DNA of 64,000 nucleotides from Girardia tigrina (Eukaryota), in contig MQRK01235862.1 of NCBI GenBank assembly GCA_001938485.1, positions 31,070 through 95,069 on the forward strand, given 5' to 3'. The notes beneath the pieces are model-generated. The model worked only from the letters and a program-made list of their open reading frames with translations. It was not told the origin of the DNA and did not search any database. Shown here one piece after another: positions 41,036-54,900 of the stretch; position 1 is the first letter of the stretch; each line of letters opens with the position of its first letter. Made by a program: the position numbers and the translations under genes.

Positions 41036-42290
41036 TATGTTAAGAGAACTGACACATTTGACAGAACATTTATTACATTCACATTTCTTATCATCTTTAT
41101 GATGATCAATAGTATTGCTTTCACTTAGATCCATCAATCAATTTTCAATATCTTGTTGGGTATTAAATTATCTTTAATTTAAATATTCACTTTTTTTAAA
41201 ACACAAATCTTAAATCTTTATCTTTAATCGTAAATCTTTATCTTTAATCGTAAATCTCTATTCTTTAATCTTTAATCCGAAATCATTAATCTGACTCCAA
41301 TTAGTCAGAATGAACTTCCAAAATAAATATATGAATAATGAACACAAATTCTTTTATGAAACTTTATTTCAAATAACAAAAATTAACAAGTCAAAAATAA
41401 TAATAATAATTCAATTCTTGATGACAGAATACAAACACAAATCAATATTTTGTGCGAGTTAACAGATTACAGTAAAGACTGTGAATCTCCCAAAAACGAA
41501 CGATATTGTAATCTTTTAGTTTAAACCTTGTTCTCCCATAGGGGATACTTTTGGTTTAAAAATTAAAAGAATATTTTAAAAAGAATAAAATTAAAAGGAA
41601 GTAAGCTTTTGCACTAACGTTACTTGTTTCAGAGACTTCTTCTTTGAGTAAATTTCTTGAAAATATTTTTTGGCAAACTAAAACTAAATTTGCTGCTGTT
41701 TATATAGCAAATTTCACCAGCCTTGAAAATTTATGAAATAAAACAAAGACTAAAATATTTATAATTTTTGATGAAGTAAAACAAACATTTATAATTTTTA
41801 ATTCCAAGTTTTGTTAAACTAAATATTATTTTGTTTGAAATTAATAATTTTACTAAAAGAATTATTTAAAAATTTTTATTATAAATATTTATTAAATATT
41901 AAATATTTTTATTAAAAATATTTTTCGAAACCCTAACAATCTCTCATTATAATGTGAATTATACTTGAGAAGATTATTTTATTTAAAAATATTTAATTTA
42001 AATTTTATTGGCTGAAATAAAATATTTTTATAGTCATTTTTAAAAATTAATTTGATTTTAATTATTTAAAAATTTACAAAAATAAAATCATTAAAATTAT
42101 TTAAAAGTTGCAATAATAAAAATTAAAAATTTGAATATTAAATCTAAATTTAAATAAATTATTTTCAGATTATAAGAAATTAAATATTGATAATCCATCT
42201 GGTTAGAAGAGGCACAATCCCAAATCAACATACAACATTTAAACATGCAAAAACTACACAAAAACATCCACACACCAAATATTCCTCACA
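41036..42290 (-). repeat. TG...TA LTR split by a nested solo LTR
   Basis: The two halves match 28903-29386. Near-TSD AGATA/ATATA. Confidence 0.7.
41154..41938 (-). repeat. Solo LTR (785 bp)
   Basis: TGTTGGG...CCCTAACA termini, 4-bp TSD ATCT, homologous to 56470-57175. Confidence 0.8.
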
Positions 42291-43125
42291 ATATATAAAG
42301 ACGACAAGAGAATGGACTAAAATAATAAAAAGCGTTGAAAATTCTTTGAAGGGTGATGTAAAAAAAATATTCATTAAGCATTCTTAGAAATTATTTTTAA
42401 AAATTTGTTTAAACTATTTTATTTTTTGCATTCTTAATAAATTTTTGTAAATTATTTTACTTTTGATTTGAAATTTTAAAAAAATAAGTTCCTATAAATC
42501 GATCAATTTAACAATAAACTTTACATATTTTTACACATGAATTAATTTTTGAATGGTGCTTATTTCATGTTGTTTGATATATTGTTTATTGATTGTGTTA
42601 CTCCTACCCAGATGGAAGATTGATATTTTAAATATTTTAAAACGTCGGAATATTTAATCAATTTAAAAATGTTACTAGCAACCTTAAAATTAAATAAATA
42701 TATCATAGGTAATTTATTTAAAATATTTTTTTAAATAATTAAAATTATTTTGTATTTTAAATAGTAAATTAGTTCTAAATCGAATTGTAAATAAATTGTA
42801 ATTTAAATCTGTTGAATAATAAGACATTTAGAAATAGAATTAAATTTATCAATCACGAACGATAACTAGTTACAAAATTTTTGTCATAGTGGCAATTCAA
42901 ATTTTTATATCAATAAATGTATTGAAAATTAAATTATGGTTCGCAATAATATTTATTTTAAAAATATTATAATTTTCCAAGTCACTTTTACTTTTACCCT
43001 GTTATGTAATGCTTTGATATAAAATTTATATATAATTCAAAATATCTGATTAAGCAAAAACATAATTCGTTTTAATAAACATAAAACAATATAAAAAAAT
43101 TAACGTCATTTAAAAAATATTTTAG

Positions 43126-43164
43126 GATAATATATTTCGACGGTTTAACCGTCATCATCAGATC
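43126..43164 (-). ncRNA. Minimal hammerhead ribozyme motif
   Basis: Reverse complement of the motif at 46826-46864. Confidence 0.75.
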
Positions 43165-44769
43165 ACTGATTATGTTCTTTTTTTATTGCTTTTATATAAG
43201 AAATGAATGATTGTGTAATCACTTACGTTAGTCTAATCGAAAACTTTTAACAAATTAGTTGAGAGTGTTGTTTGAACATTGATTTTAGGATCACATGATC
43301 TTATCAACAATGCTTCACATGACACTCTCCTAATAATTTTTAAAATGCTTGAACAAAATCTTAAAATCATTTATGCTCATATTATATTTACACGTTTTTT
43401 TATGGTCAGCAATATTACTCTTTCTCCCTTTTTGAATGTGTTCTTGGACTCGTTTGCAGAGATGATGGGCAGTCTCTCCGATGTATGTGGCATTGCAACC
43501 ATTACATGTGTATTGATAAACAATGTCCGAACATAATCCTAAAGGAATATGTGATTTATTGCAAAACATATTCTCAACTTTTAACTTGCTCAATGTATCA
43601 ATACTTTTAATAGATTTTGAAAACGTGGAAGAAAGAGACTAAGGGTGGTATAACAAACCTTTGATCATATTCCTTTTATATTTAAACTCACAAAAACTGT
43701 TTATGGAGGTGTACAAACCAGTATCAGTTTTCTTTCGATATATTTCAGTTTCATAATGTTCATTTTTCCTTTCAATTAACAAATCAAGGAATGGTAATTT
43801 TCCGTTTATTTCCTGTTCTACTGTAAAGATTATTCGTTAGCACTTTTATTTAAAGCGTGTTTAAAATTAGTAAAATTAAAATTAATATTAAAAACCAAAC
43901 ATTACCTCTATTTTCGCCTTTGTTGGGACTAGTAAGTTTTTCCTTCGCGTCAGCCTCGGGCCTATTCATTGCACCGGCACCAAGGCAGACGATGGAAAAA
44001 CTCCCTAAATCTTAAAAAACAAAAAATAAAAAATATTATAATTTATAATTAATTAATTAAAAAATAGAAACTTTTAATTGGTTTTGACCCTTGGATCCTG
44101 TCGATTTGAATATTTTCTTATGATAATTTGATGGCCTGATTTGTTGACGTGGGTTTGATCGGGATTTTGGCCATCTCCAGGTTGTTTCTATGTGAGGACT
44201 GTTGACTTAGTGAAGGATGATTGAAGGTTGACTGTGAGAATTGTCTGCTTGCTGGTTCTGTGAGTTTTTGAGTCGAAAGATTGATATAAATTCATCCGAA
44301 TTTGTGCACTTGATCAGACTTTTTATTGAATAAATTTCATTAGTGAAAAAGGATTTTTGTTTTGAACTTAGGTAATTTTTGGATTTTATTTCCTTTTTTG
44401 AAGTTGATGGAGGTTGGGGAGCACCTCAAGGCTGCCGATCTGTCGATAGATAACGGTAGGGGCTTATAGTTCCTGCCAAGACTATTGACGATCAGGTAGA
44501 GAATATGAACAGGTTGCGAGGTAATTTGATGACTGCCGATCCGTTAATAGATTAACGACAGGTACTTATAGTGCCTGCCGAGACTATTGACGATCTGAAA
44601 GTTTGAGAAAGTCCTTGCCAAGTTTAATTTCTAGAAGAGAATTCGTTTCTCTCAACCTCCATCAATTATTCTTTCTGTTCTTTTTTTTATTTTATTTTTT
44701 GTAATCTACTCATCGTCCTTATTCAGCATGGATAGAAAATATAAAAGCAAATAACAACAAAGAGAACTG

Positions 44770-45192
44770 ATGCTGGAGTTGCAGATGTGGAAAGGCGAAT
44801 GTGACAAGCTGAATGACGAATTGACGAAGAGGACAACCGAATTTGAAGACTTCAAAAAGAATTCCGTTCCTCTATCAATTCACAAACCGGTTGTGGACAT
44901 ATATTTGCTAGGACAACAAAAAATAAAGTCCTTGCAAAACGAGGTCACCGAGATAAGAATTCAGCAAAATATGTCCAGCTACTACAAGAAGGTGATCGAA
45001 AATGTTTCAGAAGAGCAACCGGAAATAATTATAGAAACAGCAAACAAGATTGGATTAAATACAGAAAAGAAGCCTCTGGTGACGAACCCGAACATTTATG
45101 GGTCAAATATGAAAGAGGATATGGCATCATCTTCCTCTATGGTGCTCAGCCGATCCCAGAAGCGGCGGGAGCAGAGGAAGCGAAAGGCTTAA
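44770..45192 (+). CDS. Hypothetical coiled-coil/basic protein (140 aa) inside a 2.1-kb insert (43835-45965)
   Basis: Open frame with heptad-like charged segments and a basic C-terminus (RSQKRREQRKRK). No recognisable domain. Confidence 0.35.
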   Translation: MLELQMWKGECDKLNDELTKRTTEFEDFKKNSVPLSIHKPVVDIYLLGQQKIKSLQNEVTEIRIQQNMSSYYKKVIENVSEEQPEIIIETANKIGLNTEKKPLVTNPNIYGSNMKEDMASSSSMVLSRSQKRREQRKRKA

Positions 45193-46825
45193 ATGTTTCA
45201 ACAGGCCAAGAATGAGCTGCAAGCTGTTTTTAAAACCAGTCGTATTGAGGTTGACGTCCAAGATGGATAGATGGTAATCAGAAATGACACCAGTCAAAGA
45301 GAGTCTCCTGATTTTGATACCTCGCATAGAATTTCGCTGCTTTTTTAACAAATAATTTTCAAGAGACTATAGAATAACAAGAATGGCTGAACTTTAAGTC
45401 AAAACTTGAAATTCAGAAGGAGATTCGTGACCGCCTACAGTTCCGATCTATCACAACTGGTTAAGGTGAAGAGTTTGTCAATTTATTAGATTTGGATGAT
45501 TAGGGACGATGGGTGGATTGCCTTTGATTAGCATTTTCTTTTGTTATATTTTAATAAAAAATGTCAAAATATAATTTGTTCATATTCTTTAATCTCTGAT
45601 ATGAAAATGATAAACTCATAATAAGAAATATAGTAATCAAATAAAAAAACATGTTGAGAAAGAAATACGATAATCATTAACTAAATAGAAGTAGCATAAG
45701 CCAACTTTCATAGACTTAAGATATTTAAATATAATGAAGAACCCAATAGGTACTTCATCGACTTCACTGGCGAGATGAAAGGGCCAGATGAGGTTGATGG
45801 GGTACGATATGAATCTCTAATAAGTGTGAGTTAGAGACACTTACCGGAGAGACATATCTAAATAATATGTTGGGTCAAAATAAACTAAGATGCTAAAGCA
45901 TAATATGAAACACATAAATTTGAATTAATAAAATTAAAATAATAATATAAAATCCAGCACTAATAATATCACACTCAACACCTTAAACTTATTTTTATCA
46001 AATCTATTTTTAATAGAGTGTTTATGGTCATATTTTAATAATTTGAGTTCATCTTTAGACAAAACTGTCTGACTTAAATTTAAAACAGTATTTTCAACAT
46101 TAAATTTAAATACACCAAACCATTTCCTCAAGTTAAATAATTTTTTATTTTGTGCAGCAATTTTACTTTTATTGGTTTTTTTGGAGTTATTAATCGATAT
46201 AACAATACAAAAATGAAAACAAAAATCATCACTTACATTATGTAGTGCAAATCGAAAGAAAACTGATACTGGTTTTTACACCTCCATAAACAGTTTTTGT
46301 GAGTTTAAATATAAATAGAATATGATCAAAGGTTTGTTATACCGCTCTTAGTCTCTTTCTTCCACGTTTTCAAAATCTATTAAAAGTATTGATACATTGA
46401 GCAAGTTAAAAGTTGAGAATATATTTTGCAATAAATCACATACTCCTTTAGGATTATGTTCGGACATTGTTTATCAATACACATGTAATGGTTGCAATGC
46501 CACATACATCGGAGAGACTGCCCATCATCTCTGCAAACGAGTCCAAGAACACAGTCAAATAGGGGGAATGAGTAATATTGCTGAGCATAAAAAAACTTGT
46601 AAATGTAATATGAGCATAAATGATTTTAAGATTTTGTTCAAGCATTTTAAAAATTATTGGGAGAGAATGTCATGAGAAGCATTGTTGATAAGATAATTTG
46701 ATCTTAAAATCAATTTTCAAACAGCACTCTCAACTAATGTTAAGAGTTTTCGATTAGACTTACGTAAGTGATTGCATAATCATTCATTTCTTATATAAAA
46801 GCAATAAAAAAAGAACATAATCAGT

Positions 46826-46864
46826 GATCTGATGATGACGGTTAAACCGTCGAAATATATTATC
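46826..46864 (+). ncRNA. Minimal hammerhead ribozyme motif
   Basis: GAT-CTGATGA-T-GACGGT(TAA)ACCGTC-GAAA-TATA-TT-ATC. Confidence 0.75.
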
Positions 46865-47599
46865 CTAAAATATATTTTTAAATGGCGTTTATTTGTTTAT
46901 AATAAAAAATTGCCATCTTTTTTCAAGTTTATTTGTAATAAAACAATACAACATTATTTATTCGTTTAAAAAAATATTTAAATTTATTTTTCTTGTCATT
47001 TCTATTCTTAGCAAATGATATTTAGAATGAAGTAATATAAAAACTGCTTTTCTTTATACACAAAGTTTTCTATTCATTTATAAAACTGTTCATTTTAAAC
47101 TATTCATTTATTAATACAACATTTTTAATCTGAAAGGAAATCTTATTAGAAATAATGAAATAATAACTTGTGTCTTTGATACTTAAAACTGCGGCTTTTA
47201 AGAAGTATTTGAAATAATAAATTTTTGTTAAAGACTTTGACGGCTTAAAAATTTTCTTGACGTGAGTAGAACTGACCTGCAGTTTTAAAGCAAGTGCAAG
47301 ATTTCAAACTAAAAAAACCATTGCATTGTTAAGACTAACTCGACGTTGACTAATTCAAGTGTACAATTGGTTAAATCAAAGGATCTAAAAAGCTTCGTGC
47401 GACAAACGTTTGGAATCTAAATTAAATATTATATGACTTATAAGGCCATTGAAAAAAAGGAACATTGAGAAAAAATGGGTTTTACTTAATTCTTACTTGT
47501 ATTTCAGCGTACTAGTTTTGCAACCTTGCATGACATTGATTGTTAACATTATATACAAATCGAAAATGGTACATTTTAAAGGATTTTTCACTGGGCCAG

Positions 47600-47790
47600 T
47601 ACGGTGGAAAAATGTCAATTAATCCGAAGCATTATTGCGGTGGATGGAACATACTTTTCATGGTTACTTAAAGGAACTTTACTTGTTGATGTAGCTCAAT
47701 AGAGAATGAACTAATTGATTCTTTTAACATTTCATTTAGTGGAGCCTAAAAACTTTGAAAGCTAGATAAATTTTAAAATCTTTTAAATCA
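47600..47790 (+). pseudogene. MULE (Mutator) transposase remnant
   Basis: 'RSIIAVDGTYFSWLLKGTLLVDVAQ...LTFHLVEPKNFES' matches the MULE first-Asp motif. Confidence 0.6.
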
Positions 47791-47810
47791 ATACTTTTAT
47801 ATCAATAATA

Positions 47811-50800
47811 CAGATTGTCCTTTAAAAAATGTCGTTTTTACAAATCCAGATAATATAGAAATAACTTTGCACCAATGTAATTCAAAAATAAAATTTCACA
47901 AAATTACCATAATGCTGAATGACCAGCTGGCAGTGGTGTTTCAGTTTATCAAACTCATGTCTCAAGATCTAAATACTCATAATCTCCTTGGAATCTTCCA
48001 GGAGGTCTCCAAGGAATGAGAATCAACGAAAACGTTATTTGTGCGACGCATTTCCTGGAGAGGGAATATGAGGTAGTAGCAAATTTTAGTGTCAGGAGAG
48101 TATGTAGGTTGGTTAAGACGATGGCAACGTTTCGTCTCAGGGAAGGTGGTAGTTGCCCTGAATACATAGGCTGGCGCATTTTCATGAATCATCATCGTAT
48201 TTTCCCATCGGGCGGCTTTTCTTGTTGACAGCCCAAAGACCCATCCACTTCTTCGCCATGGGCATTTGCCTGATTATTTGAGGAACATCACCGTCCGGGG
48301 GAATCAAAGCTTTCCTAGAAGCTGCTTTCCCAATTCCACACGCATAAAATTCCTTCTCAACAGTAAAGACAAGGTTTTTCTGCATGTTTCCTTTGTCCAT
48401 CACCTCCACAATTTTCTGGTAGGATTTCCCCCCGCGTTCTTTGTGCACATCAGTCAGATTGTGTGGGATCCACTTGCAGTGAACATTGCGAAATCCAAGG
48501 TCGTTGGGAATGATGATTATAATCACCTGTCTTTTAGAATATTTTAGCATTTCCAATGCCAAATGTAGAAGAAATGCTAAATACATTAAATGGAGCAAAA
48601 TACTTCAGCACAGTCGATTTGGGGAGTGAATATTATCAAGTTGAATTGGAAAACGATTCAAAAATAAAAACTGCATTTTCGACAAAGAACGGCCAATAAT
48701 GTTTTAAAAGAATGCCATTCGGAATTGCAGCTGCCTCATTGACATTTCAAGAAACTAATGACAAGAGTGTGAGGAGAATTAAACTGGAAAGAAGCAGTTG
48801 TATACCTGGACCATATTCTAATCTTCGCAAAAGACAAAGAAGAACATTTCAGACGAATCGAACACATATTTCAAAAGATTAAAGAATCGGGCCTTCGGAT
48901 AAACCCTGAAAAGTGTCAATTCATGGTAGAAAAGACAAAATGTTTAGGATATGTCGTGAGCAAAGATGGTATAGAGACGGATAAAACGAAAATTGAAGCA
49001 ATTTCAAAATTTCAAAATCCTTCATGCATTAAACATTTAAGAAGTTTCTTGGGGCTAACGAACTATTATAGAAAATTTTTGAAGGATTATGCAAAATAAT
49101 CAAAAATACTGGAAGGGCTATATGGAAAAAATAAAGATAAAAAATTGACATGGATAAAGGAATGTGACGAAGCATTTCAGACATTAAAAGATAAAATGAC
49201 AAAAACACCGATCCTAGCATATCCAGATTTCGAAAAGTAGTTTATACTGGATACAGACGCCAGTTTTGATACAATCGGGGCATTACTTGCACAGAAGGAT
49301 GCATATGAAAGGGAAAGAGTAATTGCCTATGGATCCCATAAGATGAACAAACACGAAATGTGATACTGTATTACAAGAAAAGAATTATTGGCAAACTAGT
49401 ACTTTACCCAAAACTTCAAACATTTCTTATACGGAAAGAAGTTTCTACTTAGAACGGACTATAAGGCTATCACATTCATGATAACAACGAAGAACCCAAT
49501 AACTCCACAATTCAAAACTTGGATAAACTTCCTTAGTGGACTTGACATGAGGATGGAATACCGCAAGGGCAAAAAACACACCAATGCAGACGCAATGTCG
49601 AGAAATATATGTGGACCATGTGTACAATGTCAAACAAGGCACAATGACGCTAAAAAAGGAAAAGTTTAAACTAGAGTCCTAGCATTTACCGAAGATTCAG
49701 AAGAGTTCATTTGGCAGACGAATGATGAAGAAATATAACAGATTAAAGAAAATATTAAAATTGGAAAGACAAAAGAATGGCTACTGAAAATCAATATCAT
49801 GACGACAAGAGATAACAAATATTGGATCCCTATGAAGAAGAGAAAAGACTTTATAGAAGATATACATAAAATGTTATGATTGCCTAAGTAAGAAAGTATG
49901 CAATTACATAAAAGATGATTTCGATATGTTTGAAATAGGACACCAGATAAAGAAAATCATACAAAGTTGCGAAAACTGCCAGAAAAGGAAGACGCTGACG
50001 GCAAAAACGAAAGAGAAACACATTAAACAATCTGCCGAAGAACCATTTCAAAAAATTTACATGGACTTTTGCGGACCATTCAGAAGGACTATGAATGGAT
50101 ACCAATACATTTTAGCAATAATCGATCAATTTAGTAGGTACATCAGCTTGACCGCAGTTGCACACCAAGACGAGAAGACTACACGAAAGGTACTATTAGA
50201 GAAATGCACTTGGAAATTCGGACAACCAAAAGAGATACACGTTCATAGAGGGAAAACTTTCGAATCAGCACTCTTTAAAGAAACGACGAAGAAATTTAAG
50301 ACAGAGATAGTCCACTCAAGCCCTTATCACTATAACACTAAAGGGATCATAAAAAGACAATTCAGAACAATAAGAGATGCCATAAATATACTATTAAAGG
50401 ATGAAATGCATAATAGACACAATAATAGACATTCGAGAGTCAGCCAATAATTCAGCCTTCACTTCTTCAACTAATTGGTGTCTTTTCTCGGTTTTTGGAC
50501 GACCACTTTCTTCAGTGCGATCCAATGATGTTCTAGGGCCATCTTCAAACTCTTTCACTATTCTTTGAACTTGTCGAAGTCCGATTATATTTTCCCCCGA
50601 TGCCGTTGTAAGACGTTCGTGTGTTTTGCTTCACTGCATTCCATTTCTGCGACAGATTTCAATCACAACGTTTAGCTGTTCAGCAGACGGTTACCGCATT
50701 CTGTACTGTAAATACGTGAAAAATAATTGTATTAAAATTAATTAAACTCAAAAAATTTATACAATACTTATAGAAATAAGTTACATAATACAGAATTATA

Positions 50801-50839
50801 TTTTTCTTTTAAAAACGACATTTCTTAAAGGATAATCTT
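47811..50839 (-). mobile_element. Mariner-like element with TIRs, interrupted by a gypsy pol fragment
   Basis: TIR CAGATTGTCCTTTAAAAAATGTCGTTTTTA with an imperfect inverse at 50810-50839, TA flanks, 'SGRP', 'CKWIPHNLT', 'HENAP', 'QPTYSPD'. Confidence 0.85.
48528..50410 (+). pseudogene. Gypsy pol fragment (RT-RNase H-IN), same family as the 5270-9522 element
   Basis: 'MPFGIAAA', 'LRSFLGLTNYY', 'ILDTDAS', 'NADAMSR', 'MDFCGP'. Closely parallels 5280-6640. Confidence 0.9.
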
Positions 50840-51122
50840 TAATCGAGCTATTTTAACCTTTATCATCTAAGTACTATTTTTTTGTAAAAATAAATTAGTT
50901 TTTCTTCAGATGCTGCTTATTGGTTGTCTAGTTAAGATATTTAATGAGTCTTCTGCAATTTGATCTCCACTTACCAAAGATAATCCTATGTTCACAATTG
51001 GGAACGTTGGCACGATGGTGTTAATGTTTAAGTAAAGTATCGTTACCAAGACAAAAAAACTAATAAATGAAACATTATATTTTTGATGATCAAATAAACA
51101 TCATTTACAGCATTTAAATGTA

Positions 51123-51965
51123 CGAGGGGTGTCACAAAAGTTCACGGACTGATAAGTAACAACAAATTCAAAAAGTTTATTCTAGTTAACAAAACTGATC
51201 AATCCTCATCAGACTCGCTATCGAACTTTTCAATATAATCACCATTCAGTTTCACACACTTTTCTCATCTCTGTGTCAACTTTCTAATACAATTATCGAA
51301 GAAAATAAGCGGGGACTCCGCAAACCACGCACTGACTGCTGTTTTCATTTCATCTAAATTCGCGAAATGATGCCCTCAAAGTGGTTTCTTCAATGCCGAG
51401 AAAAGGTGATAATCACTCAGCGTGAGGTCCGGTGAATATGGGGGGTGAGGAAAAAGGGTCCAGCCCAATCGTTGCATGGTACTGACAGTCAACTTCGCTG
51501 TTTGGGGACATGTGTTGTCCTGTTGCAATAATGGGATGGATGACAACTTTCCCCGCCGTTTGTTCTTGAGAGCTTTGCGTAGATCTTTATCGAGCAGGTT
51601 CGTGTAGTATGCGCTATTGATGGTGACCCCCTTTGGCAGGTTCTCAATGTTAATTATCCAATTACAGTCCAAAAAGACTGTAACCATTACATTCCCGGCT
51701 GAAGGGACGATCTTCGCCTTTAAAGGGGGTCTGTCAACTGGACGGCACCATTGACGGGACTGCTCCTTGGTTTCAGGAAGATTAAACGGGAGCCACATTT
51801 CGTCTGCTGTCATAATCTGTGACCAGACGCCTCACCGAGATCATGAACCAGTTGCAGCAGTTCTTGACAGACAGACTTTCGATTAACCTTCTGGTCGTTG
51901 TTGAGGAGGCGCGGTACCCACCTGGCAGTCAGTTTCCTCATATGCAGCTCCTCTGGCATGATGCC
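51123..51965 (-). mobile_element. Mariner (DD34D) 3' half with TIR
   Basis: 'RWVPRLL', 'TADEMW', 'LQQDN', 'HPPYSPDLTLSDYHLF'. TA-CGAGGGG terminus. Confidence 0.9.
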
Positions 51966-54900
51966 AAAGTAAAGGCCATTTGAATCTTTATCTGGAACCA
52001 ATCTATTGGCAAGTTGTGCGATCCCGCTGCGGTACCAATCCTTGTTCTTAGAAGCGAAGAAGTGGTGATACCCGTTTTCGACCTCGGCCAGATTATTGAA
52101 GCTGCGACCACGGAGAAAGTGTGCCATAGAGCGAAAAAGGTGATAGTCGAATGGTGCAAGATCCGAACTATACGCTGGGTGTGGAAGATTAATCAATTAT
52201 TTCTCGCTTTCAATGGCGTCGAGATTTTTGATTTTTTTCCTTTGTTTGCTTGGTGGTGTGCGGTTTTGCATTGTCCTGTTGTAGAAGAACTCGCTTTCCA
52301 TTGATTAAAGCGGAGTATTTCTCGCCAAGTGCCGCATCCATTCGATCAAGTTGGGCGCAGTAAAGGTCAGCGTCGATGGTGCGACCATTTGGAACCATCT
52401 CGAAGTGAATCACGCCTTCGAAATTCCACCAAACACACAAAAGTGCCTTCCTTGAGAAACAATCTCGTTTCGCTACCGGTTTCGCCATTTGTCCGGCGTC
52501 CAACCATTGATTTTGTTGGTCTGGATTACTGAAGTAAACCCACTTTTCATCGCAAGTTACAATTCGACGGATGAAACGGTCATCGCGCGGATTTTCAAGC
52601 AATTTTTGACAAGTTTCGAAACGCTTTTCGGTTTGAATTTGTGTCAATTCATGAGGCACTTCTCGACATCATGTCACGACCCTTCTGAGCACAAACATTT
52701 TTGAAAGCTCTTGAGCCCCCAGTGGCTATTAAGGATCAGCCACAACCCTACGTCTATTTTGATATTCACTTGTATCTACCTATATAATGGGTCGGACGTT
52801 TCTTCTCGCTCGACATCTGCCTGGCAGTGCCGAGTTTGAAGGACCTTCCGGTTCTGATAAAGATGGGATGAGCTATGGGCCCCCAACCTACAGAGTGTCG
52901 CTCGGGGATGATCTATCTATATTTTTCAGAAGTATTGCGTTCGAATTTCTCTTTGTATTTTAAACTTGTCGCACCGTCATGTGTACTAGACTTGTGGCAC
53001 GGTAATATGTTAGTCATGCTAGACTTGTGGCACTATTATGTGCTTGTACGTTTATGCTCTGTGGAACTTGTGGCAATGTGGAATTAGCTTAACCTACAGC
53101 ATATCGACAATCACTTGTCCCCTTATTAGTTTTATATTGTTACGCCGCCTATGATTATTTATCGAGATTTTTATCTATGTTGTAAAGCTTATATTGGTAT
53201 CGTTAATTCATATCCGCTACAAACTCATCTTATAACGCAACATTAGCCATGAACTTCCAGTTTAAAACAAGAAACTAGGGAAATTAATAACTCAATCGCA
53301 TTACCTCGAATAGGTAAACTCTTAATAGTCGATTTTAATTCAATTATATCTAAGTATTCACAAAATCCATATCAGATTAAAATTAAAGACCAATAAGTTT
53401 TCCCAAAAGAAATCTTAATAAAGTTTTCAGTAAAATTATCGATAACATTTTTGACGAAATTTCCAACAAAATTTCTAGCAAGATTCGTCTTATCACCAGA
53501 ACGAAATATGGACAATTTCGATTCAAATCAAATTGTCATCAACTTAATTTATTAATTTACTCGCAAAAATTTATTAATTACTAGTTATAACTCGTTATAA
53601 TTTACGTGTTAGATTAAACCTTAATCAAATCAAATCGCTTTTAAAATCATTATAGAAATTGTCAAAATTATCAAAATAAATAGAAATTGTCATGTAATTT
53701 AAGTCGAGCAATTCCAATTCTGAAATCCTTTAAAGTTTTCATGAATGAATAATAAACGGATAAACGTAAAATCATCAAATGTAAACTATCAAATGTCTCT
53801 TAAATACCATTAAAATCATTTAGCACCAAAAAATAGAAATTAAAAATTAAAATTATATTTGTTTTAGTATATCAATTATATCTAAAGGTCACGTCAAGGG
53901 TTCGAACTTCTGGAAGACCGAGACTCCCCTAACCGGTCGTCAGATCGTTCGGCCAATATGAACCGGGGACTCTATCCCGGCAAGAATCGACTCAACGGGA
54001 TCGATTTGGTTAAACGTATCGAGGGAGATCGACATTACGTCGACGATCATCGGGACCACGTGGTCCCCATCTCTCTTTAACAGCTCAGGTGATTGGGAAT
54101 CCAGTTGGGGCATTTACGGCGAAAGTTGACGGCGGCGACGACGGGCGTTCGTTACTTTTTAATACGGGAAGGTAATTTATTCCTGTAGTGGTTCAATTAA
54201 CAATAATAGTGGTTAAATAAAAATTCATAGATAAAAACATAAGTCGTATATAAAAATTCAAATTATAATTTAAACCGAAATTTACATTTATAACAGGATT
54301 TTCTTATTATGGCAAAGCGGATTCGGAGGAATGCTCGTCGGTTTCTCTTCGAATATTGTCGTGTAGAGATGGTTCTCTTATTGCTTGATCGCGTCGGTAT
54401 CGGGTGATCGTCCTGGCGTCGAATGTTACCAAGTTCTCGTCTCTTCGTTACGGATGTTTCGCTCGTCGGTTCAATTACCTATCAGTCGCTCTGATCTCAA
54501 TTGATTTCTTCGAAGCCTTGCGAATGTAAGTGCGTTCCATTCGTGAAAATCGTTGTCTTTAGAATTGCTTTTGAAATTGTTTTGTTATTTTATGGACGCA
54601 TGTTCTAAGAATGTTTGTCACATTTATAGGGCTGGTGAGACACCCTGTTAATCCTCGTGGACCAATCGACTTCTGCCAGGCAAGTGTCTGGACTTTTCTC
54701 GTGAGCTGATTCGTCGATTCGGGTAAGTGTGTTTCGATAAAAATTTTTAAAATTTGAAATTTTTATTTTATTATAGGAATCGATGTCGGTGTGTCGTGGC
54801 ACATCTGCAAATTCTAGAATCCGTGTGCGGCTGTGTCACCGATAACTCGGTTAAAATTTTCGGCGATGTCTATTATTATACTGGCCGTTGAGTCATGGTA

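Larger units (their letters stand above)
43095..46900 (-). mobile_element. Penelope-like element with an inverted copy of its 3' end and an internal foreign insert
   Basis: N-terminal 'VLNLSQTVLSKDELKLL' (46131-45980, -), RT end 'LPFLDLLI' and GIY-YIG 'IVYQYTCNGCNATYIGET' (43834-43330, -). Inverted duplicate at 46251-46890 (+). Confidence 0.85.

Noticed and set aside
40850-41137. Cys-rich 95-aa ORF (CECNKCSVKC)
   Set aside because: Its first third is LTR sequence, and the homologous copy at 29287-29386 has a stop.
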